A DNA stretch of 64,000 nucleotides, from the NCBI GenBank assembly GCA_964016885.1, contig OZ024761.1, positions 15,438,001 to 15,502,000 of the forward strand, written 5' to 3'. This stretch comes from Eledone cirrhosa. Taxonomy: Eukaryota. This document shows positions 15,527 through 30,387 of this stretch, in pieces (within the stretch, counting starts at the first letter, position 1; the number at the start of each line of letters is the position of its first letter). Made by a program: the position numbers and the translations under genes. Under the pieces are notes generated by a model. The model saw only the letters and a program-made list of their open reading frames with translations, searched no databases and was not told where the DNA came from.

Positions 15527-16753
15527 CTGGTTATTATTTCTCTTTATCTCGGATTGACGTCAGTGGCCAAGAGAGGCTGGCTAACTTGGTCTAAACAGCA
15601 GATTTCTTCCACTGAAGGATAGAGAGTGAGAGAGAAGGGAAGTAAGAAAGAGAGGAAGAATTGATTCCAGTACTAGACTGGTTCATTTTTTTATTTTTTT
15701 TATTGATCTCGAATGGATAAAAGTTTATTGCACTGAAACTATAAGGATTTCCTGAAGCCGATTGAAGAACCGGCTGTCCGTTTTTTCGATTACTTTTCCT
15801 GTCGTCTTCGGCGCCCCTCTACCCATACCACACTTATATATATATATATAAGGTGTGGGATTTGCGGAAACTCCCCCACAACACTCTAATTGGGGGTAGA
15901 GTAAAGTCTTTAGTCAAGGTGGGGCACATTTAGCGATCTCGAAAGGTTAGTTAGTCATACATCTGAGGTAGAACTTTTAAGGGTTCTCAGCTGGGTTTCA
16001 TATTATATATATATATATATATACCTTATCATTAAACCAGTGAAGAAATGATTCAGTCATCAACACGACACCTTTCCCTACATGTCACAAGACCATTTTC
16101 CTAACATTCAGAGCTGTTTTAAGTGGTTCACTTTCTAAGACTTCAGAAGCTGTTTTAAGTAGGTCTCGGTTTAATTGGCTTGGAGACTTTGATTATCTTA
16201 CTCAACTGTGTGGGTCAACACACATCAATACACACATACACACAACTGGACACACACACACACACACGCATACACACAACTGGACACACACACGCACACG
16301 CTTCAATACATACACGCGTATACACACACATACATCTATACATACACACGCATACACACAACGGGACACACACACACACGCATCAATACATACACGCGTA
16401 TACACACACATTCATCTATACATTCATACAACTGTAGACACACATACATCTATACATACACGCACATACACACACATCTACATACACACATCTATACATA
16501 CACGCACATATATACACATCTACATACACACACATCTACATACACACACATACATCTATACATACATACAACTGTAGATACACATACATCTATACATACA
16601 CGCACATACACACACATCTACATACACACACATACATCTATACACACACACATCTATACATACACCCACACCATTTCTCTATCTCTATCGCGCATGTGAT
16701 TTTAAAGAACGTTAAAGTGCACATGCACCAGTGTATGCATATGTAAATATATG

Positions 16754-16837
<84 letters not shown>

Positions 16838-16886
16838 AAAGTTCTATTTAAAGTTGTTGGGATATTTGTAAAACTGTTATATATTG

Positions 16887-16951
16887 TATTTTGTCTGATG
16901 AAGGCATGCCATAATTTAATGTGGTATCCCTGAAATATATATAATGAAATA
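16887..16951 (+). ncRNA. Type I hammerhead ribozyme; related copy 17854-17919
   Basis: TATTTTGT-CTGATGA-AGGCATGCCATA(ATTTAA)TGTGGTATCCCT-GAA-ATATATAT-A-ATGAAATA. Confidence 0.82.
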
Positions 16952-16991
16952 AATATGGTTTTATAAATATAGTTTCCATTTATTAATATCG

Positions 16992-17026
<35 letters not shown>

Positions 17027-17035
17027 ATATATATA

Positions 17036-17073
<38 letters not shown>

Positions 17074-17199
17074 CAAGCGAAACCTAGTCAGTAGGCACCT
17101 CTTAACCAAAATACACCCTCGTCCCCCCCTATCCACACCACCCCTTTCAAAGTAAAGTTATGTTGGTACCACAACATCCAGTCCTAAATAAATGAGGTC

Positions 17200-17437
17200 G
17201 TGTAGGTGTCACGACAAAAAAACACACAGTCCACGCTGTCATGTGGCCATGTAGGTAACACGGTAAAAACCTCCCAGTCCACACTGTAAATGTGGTTGGT
17301 GTTAGGAAGGGCATCCAGCCGTAGAAAACCCGCCAGACAGTCCTATACGAGCAGGACAACCAATCTTGCCTCAAGTGGGAAAACTCCCGTCCAAACCCAT
17401 GCAAGCGTGGAAGATAGACGTTAAACGACGATGATGA

Positions 17438-17440
<3 letters not shown>
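17200..17440 (+). mobile_element. SINE/RTE-type 3' tail ending in (GAT)n; related tails 42440-42567 and 32080-32128 (minus)
   Basis: CCGTC.AACCCATGC.AGC..GGAAGATAGACGTTAA followed by GATGATGAT. Confidence 0.65.
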
Positions 17441-17483
<43 letters not shown>

Positions 17484-17980
17484 GTATATATATAACGAAG
17501 GAATTGTGGTAAGGAACCAGATGGACCATAACGCACCAGAGTACTCAATACTTAGGGTAGTAGAGTGGGTAATAGGAAAAAGTATGACCCCGACGGCAGA
17601 GCTCAAGCCGTATCGACGGCTTCATGCTTTTTCGGGGGTCATACTTTTTCCTATATATATATATATATATATATGTATACATACATACATACATACATAT
17701 ATATATACATATATACATACATATATATATAAATATAACCTCTGCATATATATATATATATATACAGAGGTTATATTTAATTTTAAAAATTTTATAACTG
17801 ATATAAAGCACTCAACTATCCAAGTATCAATATTTATTTATAAAACAAATCTGTATTTTATCTGATGAAAGCGCATCATAATTTGCCTTGGTTGCCCTTG
17901 AAATATATATAATAAAATAATTATGGTTTTATAAATATAGTTTCCATTTATTAATATATTGTATATATATATACACATAT

Positions 17981-18064
<84 letters not shown>

Positions 18065-18067
<3 letters not shown>

Positions 18068-18556
18068 TAGTATATGTTGGTTGTATACCAACACCTCAGT
18101 ATGCAGATTGGAGCACTCGACGAAGTGCGCAGGTTGGTTTGGTTACTCCGGAGTAATGTAAATTAAAATAAAATACATAAGTCAAATATTTAAAATTTGG
18201 CTTCGTTTATTACTGCTATATATATTTCGGTGACAGCCATCTTTGGCTGTGACCTCTTCAAGCAGTCCGAATTAGTTTGGTAGAGACGAGTACACATGTT
18301 GTTGAGGTGTATAACTTTGTCAATACTCTGATATGCCCAGTTCCTTGTTGGGTTGTTATTTCACTGAGGAACTGGAATCACGATTCCAGTTCCTCAGTGA
18401 AATATAGCAGTAATTAACGGAACCAAATTTTAAAAATTTGACTTATTTATTTTATTTTATTTTACATTACTCCGGAGTAACCAAACCAACCTGCGCACCG
18501 CGTCGAGTGCTCCAACCTGCATACTGAGGTGTGGTATACAACCAACATATACTTAA
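18065..18556. mobile_element. Family D inverted-repeat element; 3' part also at 42968-43095
   Basis: 18065-18220 is inverted relative to 18402-18555; there is also an internal perfect hairpin at about 18358-18403. Confidence 0.85.
18212..18266 (-). ncRNA. Type I hammerhead with UUGAAGA core variant, family D
   Basis: ACTGC-TTGAAGA-GGTCACAGCCA(AAGA)TGGCTGTCACC-GAA-ATATATAT-A-GCAGT followed by AATAAA. Confidence 0.75.
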
Positions 18557-19548
18557 AAATAAAAATATATATATATATGAACCCGAACCCGAACCCGATA
18601 TATATATATATATTATAGTTAAAACAGAAAACAAAAACAAAGCGAAGAGTGCAGTACAAAGTGTTAGTGTTAGTATATATATATATATATATAAGTTCCG
18701 TGTTCAGTCGGGGGTAACCACAGTTAGTTCCTTGACCAATTACCCCCACCATACCCAATACCGCCACTCACACACACCTAGATACACAAACACGCATCTA
18801 CACAGAAAGACACACATCTAGACATACGCACACATCTAGACACACACATCTCGACATATACGCACACATCTAGACACACACATACATCTAGACATATACG
18901 CGCACATCTAGACACATACACACACACACATCTAGACATATACACACACATCTAGACACACACAAACACACGCAGACGACAGCCAACGATGCCAATCATG
19001 GAAACCATTAATTTAAAGAAATCTTATCTGTATTAACTAAATAGACTGGACAAATGTTATGTAAGGAAGGGAGGTAAGTAGGTTGGTTCTGTGACATTTT
19101 GTTTGGATTAGTATAATAGCACTCTTCTCTCTCTCTTCCCTTCTTCCTTCCTTTCGCCTTCTCTCCTTTCCTACCTCCCTCCCTTCCTTCCTCTCTCTCT
19201 CTCCTCCTCTCCTGTTCTACACCCCTTCCTTCCTTTCGTCCTTCCTCCCTCTCTCTTCCTTCCTGGGCCTCGGTCTCTCCCTCGCCCCCTGGGGGTTACA
19301 CAGTTCCACACCAACGCCCGCGACACCACAGGGACACGACGGGATGGTCATGACTGGATCAACAATAGTTACTACTACCACCACAAACACCACTACTACT
19401 ACGGCCCCTACTAGTAGTGTGCCCTACCCACTCCCTAGAGTCACAAGTAAACTTAACTGTCCTACATTTATATATATATATATATATGTGTGTGTAAGTA
19501 TGCACACGTGTATATACATATATGTGTGTGTGTATGTACATACGTACG

Positions 19549-19635
<87 letters not shown>

Positions 19636-19705
19636 AGTGCGCTGAGATACAACCGGTACTGGCATTAATAAATATGCTGGGTCCGTCAACCCTTATTATT
19701 ATTAT

Positions 19706-19751
<46 letters not shown>

Positions 19752-20749
19752 AACCAGTAAGACCCCGACAGCTGAGCTCAAGCCGTTTCGACGGCTAGCC
19801 GTCGAAACGGCTTGAGCTCAGCTGTCGGGGTCTTACTGGTTCCTATTACCCACTCTACTACCTCAAGTATTGAGTACTTTGGTGCGTTATGGTCCACCTG
19901 GTTCCTTACCACATTTCCTTCGTTATATATATATATATATATATATATTCCACTCCCAGGCAATCTGTTTCGTTTTTCAACACTAAAAAAAACCCTACCA
20001 TCACCTCTAAATACCACCGCCACCACCATCATCACCTCCACTAAATTTCACCCCCATCACCGCTAAATATCACCACCACCAACACCACCAACAACAACAC
20101 CAACACCACCAACAACAACACCAACACCACTACCACCACCAACACTATCACAAGATGACCTCTTTATTACCAACAACAACAACACCACCACCAACACCAC
20201 CACCAACACCACCACCACCAACAACACCACCACCACCAACACCACCAACGACACCACCAACAACACCACCACCAACAACACCACCACCAACACCACTACC
20301 AACACTATCACAAGATGACCTCTTTATTACCAACAACAACAACACCACCACCACCAACAACAACAACAGCAACAACACCACCATCACCACCAACACCACC
20401 AACACCAACACCACTATCACAAGATAACCTCTTTATTACCACCACCACCAACAACAACAACAACAGCAACAACAACAACAACAACAGCAACACCACCACC
20501 ACCATCAACATCACGCCATACCACTTCTATCACAACCATTACCACCCACAATTACGAACTCATACTGTATATATAACCCGACACACCAGGATCCCCATCA
20601 CCCACCACCACCACCACCACCACCACCACTCACATGTTATCTAATCATCACCACCCCCACCACGCCACCACCACATCTGTCTCGACCTTATAATAACAAA
20701 CACTATCACATGCAACAGGAGACTAAACGCAACCATTGTCAACAACACC

Positions 20750-21245
20750 TTCACAGCTACCGACACCGCCACCACCACCTCTACCGACACCACCACCACC
20801 ACTACAGCTACCGACACCGCCGCCTCTACAGCTACCGACACCGCCACCACCACCACCACTACAGCTACCGACACCGCCACCACCACCACTACAGCTACCG
20901 ACACCACCACCACCACTACAGCTACCGACACCGCCACCATCACCTCTACAGCTACCGACACCACCACCACCACCTCTACCGACACCACCACCACCACTAC
21001 AGCTACCGACACCACCACCTCTACAGCTACCGACACCGCCACCACCACCTCTACAGCTACCGACACCACCACCACCACCTCTACCGACACCACCACCACC
21101 ACTACAGCTACCGACACCACCACCGACACCGCCACCACCACCTCTACAGCTACCGACACCACCACCACCACCGACACCACCACCACCACTACCGAGACCG
21201 CCACCACCACCACCACTACAGCTACCGACACCGCCACCACCACCA
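20750..21245. repeat. CAC-rich minisatellite
   Basis: Repeated CTACAGCTACCGACACC(G/A)CCACCACC. Confidence 0.9.
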
Positions 21246-21526
21246 GTATTAAACTAACACTGTCATAGCCACCAACACCACTACCACCACCACCACCACT
21301 GCCTTCATCATAATTACACTAATACCACTACCTATATCGTCATCACCATCACTGCCATCATCAATATGCTACTACCATTACCAGTGTCATCACCAACAAC
21401 TACTACTACTACTACTGTCATCACCACCACCATTTTCTGTGTGTGCATATATATATATATATATTGGTGGTGGTGGTGGTGGTGGTAGTAGAAGTAGTAG
21501 TAGTAGTAGAAGTAGTAGAAGTAGAA

Positions 21527-21559
<33 letters not shown>

Positions 21560-22284
21560 ATACTAGTAGTAGTAGTAGTAGTAATACTAGTAGTAGTAGT
21601 AGTAGAAGTAGTAGTAGTAGTAATACTAGTAGTAGTAGTAGTAGAAGTAGTAGTAGTAGTAGAAGTAGTAGTAGTAGTAGTAGTAGTGGTAGTAGTAGTA
21701 GTAATAGTAGTAGTAGTAGTAATCGGTTTCCGTTAGTTAAATTGGTGAATTTGTGTCGGGAACAGGAAATCGAAGATGAGTTGATATGTGAACTTATAGT
21801 GCAACATACTTGAAGTCGATTTATCTCGATATCTACATCGGATTAGCGATTATGTAATAGTTCACGTATTAATGAAACATGTGAAAGTTATGTAATAAAT
21901 ATTGGTCCTTGCAATTATGAATTTGGTCCCTGCAGGAGAAAAAAAAACAAAGCCTGACAAAGGGCGGAAAAACTCATAACAATCAACGGCCATCCAAAAA
22001 TGTGTATATATATATATGAATATATAATGTGTATATATATATGTATACATGAATGGAATATAGCAACATCACAACTTACAATTAAGGACAAAATGAAAAC
22101 ACACACACACACAGAACAAACAACCAACCAGTAACATGTAAATAAACAAATAAATAAACAAATATAAACACACACAGACACCCGGATGTAACACATGCAC
22201 AAACTAAGCACACAACACACACAAAAACAAGATGGCGTAGGACAGAACAAAGGAGAGACACAAAAACAAAGAAAAGAATCCCCA

Positions 22285-22327
22285 GTCACTGAAGAGGTCA
22301 CAGAATGTGTGACGAAAGAACTTTGAC
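22285..22327 (+). ncRNA. Minimal type I hammerhead
   Basis: GTCA-CTGAAGA-G-GTCACA(GAATG)TGTGAC-GAA-AG(AA)CT-T-TGAC. Confidence 0.7.
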
Positions 22328-22475
22328 AATATATGAACAACCGTCCGGTTGTGGAACCAACCAACCAACCGGAAATTTATAAATTCCTAAATTTATAAAT
22401 TTAATTTATAATAAATTGAAGTGAAAGCAACTGGTGCGTGTGTTTCTTATTGGCAACATGACCCTCCCAAAGCAT

Positions 22476-22526
<51 letters not shown>

Positions 22527-22866
22527 TATATAAATATATATATAGCAAAATAATTAAGAAAAACATGGTCGGCTGTACAATAGGTTTTATTTACAGTATT
22601 AACAATTGTTTCTTTAGTCAGATGAGTCTAAAAGTCGATCATTAGAAGTTACGTCACTCGACTTTAATTACAGTCAATACCCGACCAAATCGTCAGAATA
22701 CTGATATGTACATAACACAGGGCACTGCCTAGGAACTTTCTTAAACCGGTCACCCGACTAAGGAAACTTCTTGTTGAGTCAAACAACGACGTACGTTAAA
22801 ACTATCCTCGACACAGAGTACTCATAACCTCTAGCTGGATTACCTTAAACGATACCTTGTTATCCA

Positions 22867-22950
<84 letters not shown>

Positions 22951-23272
22951 AGAAAGGGAGAGAGAGAGAGAGAGAATTAAAATCCACAAGTCGGATGAGC
23001 TATTGATTCCAGAGTGGGAGCGATCGTAACTGATCCTCCTACCTTGACACGATCAAAACGCGCATCACGACGCTTAGTCCCCCCCCCCCTTTTTTTTTTC
23101 TAAATGTCTCTGCTCCACTCCCCTACACACCCTCGGAACTCTCTTCCCACCCACTTTTCGCCTGAAGAAGGGCTTATGTCCGAAACGCCCCCCTCCCCAC
23201 CCCACTCTCAAGAGCGTGAAACTAATAAACTTTTGTTCGTACTGCCTCTCTGTTTTGTTCCCGTTCAATTTT

Positions 23273-23326
<54 letters not shown>

Positions 23327-23432
23327 TATCCCGGGTTCAATCGGGGGTAACCACAATAAGTAAGTACTCAATACATAGCAGAGTATCAATATTTAATATC
23401 TATCTATATAGATCGATAGATAGATTGATAGG

Positions 23433-24703
23433 TTTCTTTATTAGCCACAGGGGCACAAAAGAAGGGGACAAATACAAAGGGGGAAGTTTACATACAATAA
23501 AAACGTGTAAAATACTATCACAAATGCAATTTAAAAATCAATCGATTTTCCCCAATAGGGGGAGACATTTCATATGGGTAACACATACCCCCGAAAAAAA
23601 TGTGCAACCCTCATCTCCAGGAGTACGAAGAGTTTGTACCCCTTTCCTCTCTTCCTCTTTTTCCTCAACCTACAGGCTGATATAGAGAGAAGGCCCATTC
23701 ACTCGGGCCATTCTCGCCACTTTCACCCACCTTTCATAAAACTTGCTGGGGTACAGCACCTCTCTCTCCATCCTGATTCTTCTTCCAAAGTGGTATTTGA
23801 AAAAAAGAATCAGTTGTTGGTCGGAGAGAAAGGTGTCTGACCTCAGCCCTTTTAACCTCGTCCACCATACAACCTAGATAGATAAATATGTTTCTATTTA
23901 TTGCCACGAGGGCGCAAAAGAAGGGGACAAATACAAAGGGGGGGGGGGGAGTTTACACAAAAGAACGAGTAAAAAAGACAAATAACAAATATAAAATTAA
24001 CAATAAAGACCTCAATAGGGAGGAGGCGTTTTGGGGGGTCGCACACACCCCCGAAAAAGTGTGCAACCCTTCTCCTCAGGAGCACAGAGAGAGGGTGCTC
24101 CCTTGTTCTTCCATCTTTTTCACCTACAGGCTGACGCGGGCCATTCTCGCCACTTTCACCCACCTTTCATAAAACTGGCTGGGGTGGAGCACCTCTAGAT
24201 AGATAGATAGATAGATTTCTTTATTAGCCACAAGGGCGCAACAAGAAAAGGGGACAATACAAAGACATGCCGGGGATTTTACATACAGTCGTGTAAAAAT
24301 ATAAAAACAAACAATTTCAACAATCGAAATCCCCAATAGGAGGGAAGCGCCACAAATGGGTTGTTTAATACCCCGTCGATAGAACAACCCTCAACTCCAG
24401 GAGCGTGTTGTGCAAGTGCTCCTTTCTTCCTTTTGCTCTCTTCCTTAACCTACAGGCTTATAAACAGAGAAGGCCCAATCACTCGGGCCATTTTCGCTTC
24501 ATTCACCCACCTTTCAGTAAATTTACTGGGGTGCAGTGCCTCTCTCTCCACCCTGATTCTCCTTCTAAAGTGATACTTAAAGAAGGGAATCAATTGTTGT
24601 CCGGAGAGAAAGGCATCTGTCCTCAGTCCTCTCAACCTCGTCCACCATATAACTTCTTTCACCATAGCCACCGTACAGAGGAAAACCGCCTCTCTTTCGT
24701 TTT
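23433..24703 (-). mobile_element. Three tandem 5'-truncated L1/Tx1-like LINE 3' ends separated by (GATA)n: 23433-23875, 23890-24196, 24216-24703
   Basis: Minus-strand peptide AMVKEVIWWTRLRG...KFTERWVNEAKMARV resembles an L1-clade ORF2 C-terminus. Common 3' end GTGGC(T)AATAAA(G/T)A. Confidence 0.7.
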
Positions 24704-24742
<39 letters not shown>

Positions 24743-25104
24743 TCCCACACGCGCGCACAAAAGACAGCTGTCACTCCGCCACCGTCATCATCGCCCTCAC
24801 GAATCATCATCATCATCGTGCCGATCAGCCGTCGTCGCCAAAGAACAACATCGACTACGACAAACTTTACAAGAGCCCCACCACCACCAACACGACCACC
24901 ACCGCCAATATCCGCCTCCACTTTCATAACCAACCAAATAACGGGGAATGCCAATCCTTCACCACCACCACCACCACCACCGCCACCACCACCACCACCG
25001 CCACCATCATCATCAATAGGAACATTAAGAGTATAGTACATATCTGATGTAATTCTTGTGTAACTTACTGGGAGAGTCAAACAGATACATCCACCCACAT
25101 GTGG

Positions 25105-25182
<78 letters not shown>

Positions 25183-25563
25183 AGAATTTCAAATATTCTT
25201 GCCTTTGTCTATATATTTTGACAACCTTCACATTTTGGTCTTTGTATTTGTTATTACTATACTTATATATATATATATATATATATATGTATACATATGT
25301 ATATATATATATATATAATTTCATTAAAATAACAAATTAAAGTTTAAGCAAAAAATCGCTGCTTTCACCCTTAACGGGATCTTCTGAAGATCCCGTTAAG
25401 GGTGAAAGCAGCGATTCTTTGCTTAAACTTTAATCTGTTATTTTAATAAATATTTGCTCTACGGTTCTTATATATTTGATATATATTTATCCTTATCGAG
25501 CCCTCTTTGGATTTTAGTCTTCAAATTTATTATTATTACTATATATATATATATATATATATA

Positions 25564-25621
25564 TACTGCCTGATGAGGTCATAGCCATTCAATGGCTATC
25601 ATCGAAATATATATAACAGTA
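25564..25621 (+). ncRNA. Type I hammerhead, family D-related
   Basis: TACTGC-CTGATGA-GGTCATAGCCAT(TCA)ATGGCTATCATC-GAA-ATATATAT-A-ACAGTA followed by AATAAA. Confidence 0.82.
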
Positions 25622-25792
25622 AATAAAGGATTATGAGTTCATGCAATTGACTTATGTTTCGTCACAATATAAATATATATACATGTATGTATATGTATAT
25701 ACATATATATCAGTGGCGAAGGGTAACCTGGAAAGCATGGTATGTATATGTATGTATACATATATACGTATATATACATATACATGTATATG

Positions 25793-25824
<32 letters not shown>

Positions 25825-25850
25825 TATATGTATATATACATATATATATG

Positions 25851-25882
<32 letters not shown>

Positions 25883-26725
25883 CATATATATATGATAGTT
25901 TCTTATATTGATTTCTAGTATAGGCACAAGGCCAGTAATTTGGGAGGAGGGGAAAGTCGATTAGATCGACCCCAGTACGTGGTATAAATATATATATATA
26001 TATATATAGTCTATCAAAGTTCTTTCGTTGCACATCTACGACATCATCAGTGGTACTATTATGTTTCCTCCCATTGTATTGAAATGTAATGTCTACGCCA
26101 TTTTTTATTTAATTAATTTATTTATTTATTCTTGTCTCTGTCTCTGCGCATTTGTTTGCGTGTGTGTTTCATGATAGACTATATATATATATATATTTAT
26201 ATATATATTTTTAACTGTTGGTCAATCAATGATAAACATTGATTGCCAAATAAATTAACTATGGAGATATAAAAGATACAGAAGCGAAAACCAACCAAAC
26301 AGTCAGTGTGTTCTGTTATTATTTCTGGCAATATTATTACAACAATATGACCCTCCCCAAGTATAACAATATTTGTTTCAACACAGGATTTCATATCAAA
26401 AACCTTGCAAAAGAAATATATATATATATATGTATACATATATATATACTATAAAGTATGTCCATAGAATCATTTGATAATATATATACACCATTTCCTC
26501 TCCCAATTAGCATAATCAACCACCCCAAAAAACAATTAAACCAGGCTATAAGATAAAAATGCACCTATAAAGAAATAGTAGATAAATAAACGACAGCAAT
26601 CTATTCGCGATCAACCGCTATAGAATATTTACCCAACATTTCAATAGCACGTGGAAATCGATTAAATATACCGTCAACCATACACAATTAGATATAAAAT
26701 TCAAGTTAGAAGAAAAAATGCATAT

Positions 26726-26786
<61 letters not shown>

Positions 26787-26916
26787 CAAGTAAGACCCCG
26801 ACGGCTGAGCTCAAGCCGTCGGGGTCTTACTTGTTCCTATTACCCACTCTACTACCCTAAGTATTGAGTACTTTGGTGCGTTATGGTCCACCTGGTTCCT
26901 GACCACATTTCCTTCG

Positions 26917-27006
<90 letters not shown>

Positions 27007-27009
27007 CAG

Positions 27010-27043
<34 letters not shown>

Positions 27044-27045
27044 CA

Positions 27046-27125
<80 letters not shown>

Positions 27126-27128
27126 CAG

Positions 27129-27168
<40 letters not shown>

Positions 27169-27186
27169 CAGTATATATATATATAT

Positions 27187-27265
<79 letters not shown>

Positions 27266-27268
27266 CAG

Positions 27269-27304
<36 letters not shown>

Positions 27305-27637
27305 CAGTATATATATATATATATATATATACAATATATATATATATATATATTCGTACAGATATATACATTTAATGAAATGCGGAAATGTGAAAAAAGA
27401 ACGATAAGAGAAAAAGAAAGAGAGAAAGAAGCAAAGCACAGTAAAGACCCCACCACCAACACCTTGCTCTTAATTACCCATATTATTTCATGACACAACA
27501 TTCCAGCTTTATAATTAATCTTTCTATCTATGTTGTTTATCATTATCAGAGGAATCTATTGTTAATGTTAGTAGTATTGGTGGTGGTGGTGGTAGTGGTG
27601 GTAGTGGTGGTAGTGGTAGTAGTAGTAGTAGTAGTAA

Positions 27638-27687
<50 letters not shown>

Positions 27688-27693
27688 ATGGTA

Positions 27694-27735
<42 letters not shown>

Positions 27736-27738
27736 ATG

Positions 27739-27782
<44 letters not shown>

Positions 27783-27804
27783 TTATCGTGGTTAAGTATA
27801 TAAC

Positions 27805-27995
27805 TTAATTGTTTCTAGTTTGGCACAAGGCCAGCAATTATCCCAGTGTGTATTACTGGTACTTTATTTTATCGACCCCGTAAGGATGAAAGGCAAAGTT
27901 AACCTCGGCAGGATTTGAACTCAGACCATAAAGGGCCGTAGCTCTTTGCTGCAAAGCATGGCGTCCGACCCTCTACCGATACTGCCAATCCACAG
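27805..27995 (-). mobile_element. Full-length S1 SINE
   Basis: Head, B box, body and tail all present. Confidence 0.85.
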
Positions 27996-28399
27996 TGGGT
28001 GGTTATTGAAGTTGATGTTGTTGTTGTTGTCCATGGCCAGCGTCTCCCGTGGACAACATCAATAACAATTGCTGGCCTTGTGCCTCTAAATCAGAAACCA
28101 TCATTATTAATCGAATAGGCTATGTAGCCGGTAAACCCTAAAAGGAACGCAACACACATAGCTATAGCGTTTCACCAGCCCCTTCCTTCTGTTGTCTGTA
28201 TCTGTTTATGTATTTACGTGTAGATGTGTGTAGGTAACTAAAGTGTAACGTATGTTACGAATGGACGACTAAAAGATTTTAACTTGTTTTGTTTTTTTTT
28301 AACAATTGATGGTGGAAAAGATTTCAAATTGTCTTAACTTGGGCCGCAACTTATGGTATCTGACACTCTTACCGGCTACATAGCCTCCATATTCTTCTC

Positions 28400-28682
28400 G
28401 TCCTTTTTTATCGCCCTACACAACACCCTAACGATTTTGTCCAATCACTGCCCATTTTTTATCAACCCACATTACACCTTAACGATTTTGTCCAACATTT
28501 CCCCCTTTTCTATCGTCCTACATTACACCCTAATGATTTTGTCTTTCCATGGCCCTTACTTTTTTATTGTCCTACACTACACCCTAAAGTTTTCGTCCAA
28601 CTACTACCCTTTTTTTTTAATCAACCTACACTACACCCTAACGATTTTTTCCATCCACTGCACTTACTTTTTTTTATCGAAC
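28400..28682. repeat. Degenerate ~43-50 bp tandem repeat, about 6 copies
   Basis: Recurring TTTTATC...CTACAC/TTACACCCTAACGATTTT.TCCA. Confidence 0.75.
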
Positions 28683-29049
28683 TCGAATGGACATATGACA
28701 AAGCTACTCCTCGGCGGAGTTTAAACTGACAAGAGAGCCATAGTAGATATAACAGGAAGCTACCAATCCTACCGAGGGTGAAACTGTAGAACTGCGCAGT
28801 TACAGGTTTAGAGGTTTTTCTCTCCAAAACACGCCGGCCTTATTAAATCAAATGTCGTTGAAGGAAAAATAGATTTTGTTTATTTTTTCCCATTTCCTAA
28901 TATGGATAATGGTGTCCCACTTTATATCCTGTCACGAGACTTTCACACGAGAAACTGCGTTATTTCGTTATATTTAAATTTAATACTACTTACATTTTAA
29001 ACCCCCCCCCCCCTTTCTTCTCCCCCCCCCCCTCTCTCTCTCTCTCTCA

Positions 29050-29108
<59 letters not shown>

Positions 29109-29276
29109 GAACAGATTAAAGTTTAAGCAAAGAATCGCTGCTTTCACCCTTAACGGGATCTTCTGAAACTTTATTATGTTCTTATAATAAATATTTTCTC
29201 TACGGGTTTATATATATATTATATATATATAATCCTTATCGAACCCTCTTCGGAGTTTAGTCTTCACATTTATTAT

Positions 29277-29323
<47 letters not shown>

Positions 29324-29469
29324 AAAATAGTCAGGACCCCGACGGCTGAGCTCCGGCCGTTTCGACAGCTAAAAAATATATACACACTTCAACAGTATTC
29401 TAATAAATATTGCCTGTACAGGTAATCAAAGTGTGTATGTGTGTGTGTGTATATATGTATATATAAATA

Positions 29470-29997
29470 TATATATATATATAAAGGCGAGGATGTGTGT
29501 GTGTGTGTGTGCGTGTGTGTGTGTCTGTGGACAACTTTGGACAGCTAAGGCTTTTTACAATTCCCAACTGAATTTGACCAAATTTTCTGTGCACGTTGCA
29601 CCTGTCGCTACGATGGTCACATCACAAACATTTTTCAAATCGACCCACGTTGAGCAATAAAAAATCGATAGCAAAATTATTTTTTCTAAAGTGCATGATG
29701 TAAGGTAGAAATCAATCAAAACAAAATCCTTAAGGGACTTTCCATTCAAACTGTTGAGACCTACAACTTTTCAGTTGTAGCTTGCACATTTTTTTGTCAC
29801 TCGCGACAAAATTGTAGGAGTTTATTCTCTGCACTACAAGGTCCTTAAGCGAGCATCGATTTTCTTCTAAGTCACATGCCTGTGTCAGCAAACTCATAAA
29901 AACTAAATCCTTATGGGATTTTCCATTCTATTTACTTCCTAGCTGTATATTCTTAGCACAATTTCAAACCCCGGGCAACGCCGGGTAAATCTGGTAG
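29470..29997 (+). mobile_element. Non-autonomous Helitron-like element
   Basis: 5' (TA)n-TAAAGGCGAGGA plus a GT microsatellite; 3' hairpin CCCGGGCAACGCCGGG (29970-29985) followed about 10 nt later by GTAG|T, a variant of the CTRR end. Confidence 0.65.
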
Positions 29998-30387
29998 TAT
30001 ATATATATATATATATATTGGAAACTGCTAATTGTGATCACTTTCATACTAAGTCTTTTAGATTACAATAACAGGCTGGCAACATTAATAAAATAACGTG
30101 TTTCTGGCCCACTAAATTTGATAACAATAAGCAGCTGATATCATTGCTTGTTGAATGATTATACAGAAGTCTCTTGAGTAGGCTCATACATACAGAAGAC
30201 AGTAAGGTATGATTTGAGAGAGATTTGGTTGCTATTTCCATCAGGTCTAGCTACCAAGTTTCTTTACTCGTATCATACATGCAGAAGAAAAGAGGGTGAT
30301 TGCAGGGAGAATTGGCTGTTATTTCTAATCAGATCTTGCTAGAATTTATAGGTAGGACCCATACATCTATACGTACATCGACAGGAG

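Noticed and set aside
20710-21257. His-rich and Pro-rich repeat ORFs resembling structural proteins
   Set aside because: Open in several frames on both strands; explained by a CAC minisatellite, with no signal peptide or splice support.
22590-22650. Minus-strand GAAACAATTGTT hammerhead-like end
   Set aside because: The core is degenerate (no CTGANGA) and it is single-copy here; possibly a relic but unsupported.
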